Part shown: positions 35,824 through 39,643 of the stretch, in pieces
Layout: each line of letters opens with the position of its first letter
Position numbering within the stretch: the stretch's first letter is position 1
From: Candidatus Omnitrophota bacterium
Lineage (GTDB): Bacteria; Omnitrophota; Gorgyraeia; Zapsychrales; Fredricksoniimonadaceae
Assembly (NCBI GenBank): GCA_017987425.1
Contig: JAGNTT010000002.1
Coordinates: 1-39,643 of the forward strand
DNA: 39,643 bases
Direction of reading: 5' to 3'
Notes under the pieces: model-generated
What the model saw: only the letters and a program-made list of their open reading frames with translations
What the model was told of the DNA's origin: nothing
Databases searched by the model: none
Made by a program: the position numbers and the translations under genes

Positions 35824-36720
35824 TCAAGAAAATCTCAGAAATTCCTTGGGAGGAATGGATGAAAACTCAACCCAATGGCGCCCAATGGGATGCTCAAAAG
35901 CGATCGCCTGGGCATGCAGGGCCAGGCGGGTAAACGACTCTTTGTAGCCGTAGCGGTCATCGCCCAGGATCGGATGCCCCAGATGTTTCATGTGAACACG
36001 CAGCTGATGGGTGCGTCCGGTCTGAGGATACAGACCAACAAGCGTGGCCTTGTCGAAACGCTTGAGCACCTCATAAAATGTCAGCGCGTCTTTCCCTTCT
36101 CCTTCAGCCGCCACCTGGCGCATGTCATGATATTTCACATGGCGCTTTAATGGTACCTCGATCTTTCCCTGGTCAAAGCGGACTATGCCGTGAACAAGGG
36201 CGATGTATTTTTTAACCACCGTATGCTGTTCGAACTGGCGGCCCAAACGCGCGTGCGCCTGGTTTGTTTTGGCGATCACTATGAGACCGGAAGTTTCCTT
36301 GTCCAAACGGTGGACAATTCCCGGACGTCCGGAATTGACATCGGAGAGTTCTTTAAAATGATACAGCAGCGCGTTCGCCAGCGTTCCCGTGTAAACTCCG
36401 GTGGCCGGATGAACGGTCATGCCGATCTTTTTGTTGATGACAACAATCGCGTCATCTTCATAAAAAATATCGAGCGGGATTTTCTCGGGCTTTAATTCAG
36501 TGTCAGGAATGAGATCGTCGCCAAAATCGACATCGATTTTATCCCCGGTTTCAACCTTGTAACGCGGCTTCTCCGGTTGGCCGTTAACGAGAACCCCGCC
36601 GGCGTCGATTATTTTCTGAACGAACGTACGCGACGGCAGGTCCGTCAGTATCTGCGTCAAATAAACATCCAGGCGGATATTCGAATTTTCGTCATCGACA
36701 GTCAATTGATGCTTCGGCAT
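35824..36720 (-). CDS. rluD: 23S rRNA pseudouridine synthase RluD-type (S4 domain plus RluA-family catalytic domain)
   Basis: 298 aa with an N-terminal S4-like segment and the HRLDKETSGLIVIAK catalytic motif. Confidence 0.9.
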   Translation of the reverse strand: MPKHQLTVDDENSNIRLDVYLTQILTDLPSRTFVQKIIDAGGVLVNGQPEKPRYKVETGDKIDVDFGDDLIPDTELKPEKIPLDIFYEDDAIVVINKKIGMTVHPATGVYTGTLANALLYHFKELSDVNSGRPGIVHRLDKETSGLIVIAKTNQAHARLGRQFEQHTVVKKYIALVHGIVRFDQGKIEVPLKRHVKYHDMRQVAAEGEGKDALTFYEVLKRFDKATLVGLYPQTGRTHQLRVHMKHLGHPILGDDRYGYKESFTRLALHAQAIAFEHPIGRHWVEFSSIPPKEFLRFS

Positions 36721-36734
36721 ACATGCTCACATTA

Positions 36735-37454
36735 TTATTTACGCGACAGAAAAAACATGGCTGAGGCCGCAAATACGGCAACGCAGATCCACTGAAAAAC
36801 CCCGATCCCTAAAAAACCCGGATCATAATCGTAACGGAAAAACTGAACGATAAATCTTAACGCGGCCGCCAGCATGAAATACGCGGCAAATGTCCGCCCG
36901 GGCGTCAGCTTTTTCGCGTTTAAATTTTTTAAAACAAAAAAAACGATCACAAGCCCGATGCACTCGTAAATCTGCGTCGGATGCAGATGATCGTGATGTT
37001 CCGGAAAATACGGTCCCCACGCCACCGGCTTGCCGTAACAGCAGCCGTTTAAAAAACAGCCGATCCGTCCTATTGCCTGCCCCAAAGCGGCATAAGGGCT
37101 TGCCAGATCCAAAAACTTAAAGACACCCAGCTTTTTACGTTTGAGAAAAATCAGGGCCGCGGCGAATCCAAGGATGAGCCCTCCCTGCCAGGCAAGCCCG
37201 CCGTGCTGGATCTGCAAAAGTTCCGACGGATTTTCCCTGAAATACTCCAGGTTGAGCAGAATATAAAAAATCCTTGAACCGATAATGCCCGCGAATGCCG
37301 TCCAGAACGCAAAATCATAAACGGTCTCTTTGGGAATACCTACCTTGACCGCATCCCGCCCCATCAAGAATGAGCAGACCACAACAGCAGCGGCGATCAT
37401 AAACCCGAACGAATACACAGTAAACGGACCTATGGAGCACAATACTGGAAACAT
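36735..37454 (-). CDS. lgt: Prolipoprotein diacylglyceryl transferase
   Basis: Polytopic membrane protein with an HPTQIYE motif. I prefer the start at MFPVLCSIGPFTVYSFG (ATG 37454), downstream of the lspA stop. Confidence 0.88.
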   Translation of the reverse strand: MFPVLCSIGPFTVYSFGFMIAAAVVVCSFLMGRDAVKVGIPKETVYDFAFWTAFAGIIGSRIFYILLNLEYFRENPSELLQIQHGGLAWQGGLILGFAAALIFLKRKKLGVFKFLDLASPYAALGQAIGRIGCFLNGCCYGKPVAWGPYFPEHHDHLHPTQIYECIGLVIVFFVLKNLNAKKLTPGRTFAAYFMLAAALRFIVQFFRYDYDPGFLGIGVFQWICVAVFAASAMFFLSRK

Positions 37455-37480
37455 GGAATTCCGCCTTCCTGGAAAACGGA

Positions 37481-37966
37481 CTATTTGTCTTTGACGGACA
37501 AAGGAATGCACTTGATGAGAATGATGACCGCGCCGACGGTGATCGCGGAATCGGCGACATTGAACACAGGGAACACGCGGAAATCAAGAAAGTCGATGAC
37601 GTGCCCGATCTGGATCCTGTCGATCAGATTGCCGATTGCCCCACCCATAATAAGGGAAAAAGCGAAGATGTAACTTCGGCTCAAATTCTCATTCTCACGG
37701 TAGTAATAAATATTATAGACCAACAGAGCGATCGCGATAATGGGAATAATGATAAATACGATGCCGTGGTCGCGGAAAAGGCCGAACGCCATGCCGGTGT
37801 TATGCACGAGCGTGAAATGAAAAATGTCCTTGATGACGGGAATGGTTTCCCCTACGGAGAGAATCTTGGAGAAGAACGTCTTGGTCGCGCGGTCCAAGAA
37901 GACGACCATCACGACCGTGATGACGGAAATCAGAATGTCGACGTGTGAACGGATTTGCTGCTGCAT
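37481..37966 (-). CDS. lspA: Lipoprotein signal peptidase II
   Basis: NTGMAFG, IDFLDF and FNVAD motifs. The start is uncertain (ATG 37966 or TTG 37993). Confidence 0.85.
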   Translation of the reverse strand: MQQQIRSHVDILISVITVVMVVFLDRATKTFFSKILSVGETIPVIKDIFHFTLVHNTGMAFGLFRDHGIVFIIIPIIAIALLVYNIYYYRENENLSRSYIFAFSLIMGGAIGNLIDRIQIGHVIDFLDFRVFPVFNVADSAITVGAVIILIKCIPLSVKDK

Positions 37967-38136
37967 AGTTTTATGGGGAATACCAACGCACAAATGGCAA
38001 AATGTTAAATCAAAAAACCAATACCAAAGCTCAAAATCCGAATCGTTTTAAATTTTGACGTTGAACTTTGGTCAGTTAATTTGCCATTTGTTCATTTGAA
38101 TTTTGTTAATCGTTAGATTTAAAATCAGACTAACAA

Positions 38137-38194
38137 TAAAAAAACGACAAATCCCTCTGATACTGTTGAACCACATCGAAAGAGATCTGTCGTT
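38137..38194 (-). terminator. Possible terminator after the dksA/traR-like gene
   Basis: Minus strand: aacgacagatc ... gatttgtcgtt (11 bp with one G:U and a loop of about 30 nt), followed by ttttttt. Confidence 0.4.
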
Positions 38195-38206
38195 TCCTTA
38201 AAACAA

Positions 38207-38608
38207 TTAACGGCTGCTTTTGCTTTCCAGCTCTTCCTGGCACTTCACGCATGTCTCAACATACGGAATCGCCTTAAGACGGGCCGCGGCGATCGGCTTG
38301 TTGCACTGAATGCAATTGCCGTATGCGCCTTCGCTGATGCGCTGCAGGGCGTCATTGACGCGGCTGAGCGTTTCACGGTCGTTGGAGGCAAGGCCTAAAT
38401 TGAATTCACGGTCATACATGTCGGTCGCGACATCCGCCATGTGAAGGGCGTGGCCGGAGACATCCCCCGCCCCGTTGCCGTTCGGATTGGTACTTTCATC
38501 CTTCATGACTTTCAGATCACCGACAACCTGGTCTTTGATCTCCAGAAGGGCTTTTTTGTATTGATCGTATTTTTTTGTTTCCGGTTTATCCGTCTTCTTG
38601 TTCGGCAT
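38207..38608 (-). CDS. DksA/TraR-family C4 zinc-finger protein
   Basis: 133 aa with C-terminal CIQCNKPIAAARLKAIPYVETCVKC (CxxC-N17-CxxC). AAGGAG RBS upstream. It lies between ileS and lspA. Confidence 0.8.
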   Translation of the reverse strand: MPNKKTDKPETKKYDQYKKALLEIKDQVVGDLKVMKDESTNPNGNGAGDVSGHALHMADVATDMYDREFNLGLASNDRETLSRVNDALQRISEGAYGNCIQCNKPIAAARLKAIPYVETCVKCQEELESKSSR

Positions 38609-38643
38609 TCATGACTCCTTACCTTACGACTGTTGTGGCAAGC

Positions 38644-39643
38644 TCAACCTTCGACAACCCTGGCACAGGAACCGCACAAAGCCGGATGTGCGGCAGAGAG
38701 GCCTACATCCGTCTTGTAATTCCAGCACCGCGAGCATTTCTGTCCGTGCGCCTTTTCAACTATAACACGTGTTTTGCTATATTGATCGTTGACAGGCTGG
38801 TCAACGTTTTCAACCTTTTTGATCTCGACCTGAGAAACGATAAACACCGTATGCAGAATATCGCTGTAACTCTTCAGATAGCTTTCGTCGCGGTCGCTCG
38901 CCGTTTCAAAAACAACCCTGGCTTCCAGGGAACTTCCGATCTCCCCCGCGCGGCGTTTTTCCTCTAAAGCTTTGAGGACAAAGGGCCTGAGCTCCATGAG
39001 AGAGGCGAATTTTTCTTCGATTTCGGCGGACCGCCATTCCGGTTCGACCGCCGGCCAATCCAGCAAATGGACGGAAACGGCGTTCGCGTGTTTGGAACCT
39101 TTGGACATCAGCGAAAAAATTTCGTCCGACGTGAAACACATGATCGGAGCTGTAACTCTGACAAGCACGTCGAGAATATGATAAAGAACCGTCTGGGCGG
39201 AACGTCTCTCAAGCCCATGAGCGGCTGAAGTATATAACCGATCTTTTAGGATGTCAAGATAAATGCTGGAGAGCTCCTCGTTGCAGAACCCGTGGATGGC
39301 CTTATAGACGCCCACGAAGTCATAATGCTCGTAACCGTGGTTGACCTCCTCCATCAGCTTGGCCAGGGCATTGAGCGCCCAGCGGTCAATGTCGGGCAAT
39401 TTGGAGTAAGGCACGATATGGGCGTCCGGATTAAAGCCGTCCAGGTTCCCTAATAAATAACGCACGGTGTTGCGGATCTTGCGGTAGCCGTCCACCAGGC
39501 GGTCGACAATTTCCTTAGAGATCCTCACGTCATCGTTGTAACTGCTGGACGCAACCCACAGGCGCAGGATATCGGCGCCGAAATTCTGGATGATCTCCTG
39601 CGGCTTGACCACGTTGCCTAGAGACTTCGACATCTTGCGCCCT
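38644..39643 (-). CDS. ileS: Isoleucyl-tRNA synthetase, C-terminal part (5' end beyond the right window edge)
   Basis: The KMSKS motif lies at the window edge (...GRKMSKSLGNVV), followed by the anticodon-binding region and a C-terminal zinc cluster CSRCWNY...CGSCARVV. The reading frame is open to position 39643. Confidence 0.93.
   Translation of the reverse strand, partial: GRKMSKSLGNVVKPQEIIQNFGADILRLWVASSSYNDDVRISKEIVDRLVDGYRKIRNTVRYLLGNLDGFNPDAHIVPYSKLPDIDRWALNALAKLMEEVNHGYEHYDFVGVYKAIHGFCNEELSSIYLDILKDRLYTSAAHGLERRSAQTVLYHILDVLVRVTAPIMCFTSDEIFSLMSKGSKHANAVSVHLLDWPAVEPEWRSAEIEEKFASLMELRPFVLKALEEKRRAGEIGSSLEARVVFETASDRDESYLKSYSDILHTVFIVSQVEIKKVENVDQPVNDQYSKTRVIVEKAHGQKCSRCWNYKTDVGLSAAHPALCGSCARVVEG

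Overview
Every gene I can support in this 39.6-kb window is on the minus strand: 38 CDS, tightly packed and mostly housekeeping. From right to left they are ileS (3' part), a dksA/traR-type zinc finger, lspA, lgt, rluD, a coiled-coil membrane protein, aroA, mreB-mreC, an ABC-2 exporter pair, yceI, a TM-helix membrane protein, a PilZ / Zn-ribbon / PilZ / 55-aa membrane peptide cluster, an rluA-like gene, a mazG-like gene, a lipoprotein, uvrB, coaX, groES-groEL (with a CIRCE operator), a CBS-less guaB-like gene, guaA, dnaE, hup, hisS, aspS, a LysM lipoprotein, phoH / 7TM-HD / ybeY, and mreD-mrdA. The clearly non-housekeeping element is at the left edge. Positions 1-4000 carry an uninterrupted minus-strand reading frame of at least 1333 codons. 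It starts at 4000 with a signal peptide and has no stop before the window edge, which is why the supplied ORF track misses it; the track shows only antisense shadow ORFs on the + strand there. It encodes a Gly/Thr-rich secreted protein with tail-fibre-like repeats, built from an in-frame 1797-bp tandem repeat. Part of that repeat (881 bp) is identical between copies, and the rest has diverged. Secondary observations: (1) a family of heptamer-based (TCAGTGR / YCACTGA) intergenic hairpin elements at three loci; (2) terminator-like hairpins directly abutting the hisS and aroA start codons; (3) a bacterial-type AspRS without the GAD insertion domain; (4) a basic N-terminal extension on GuaA; (5) a split mre locus. 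I found no transposase, integrase, CRISPR array, tRNA/rRNA gene or recognisable defence genes. Outside the giant gene and the small PilZ cluster this is an ordinary core-genome region. The lineage is unknown; an uncultivated bacterium that carries giant surface-protein genes is a guess, not a result.
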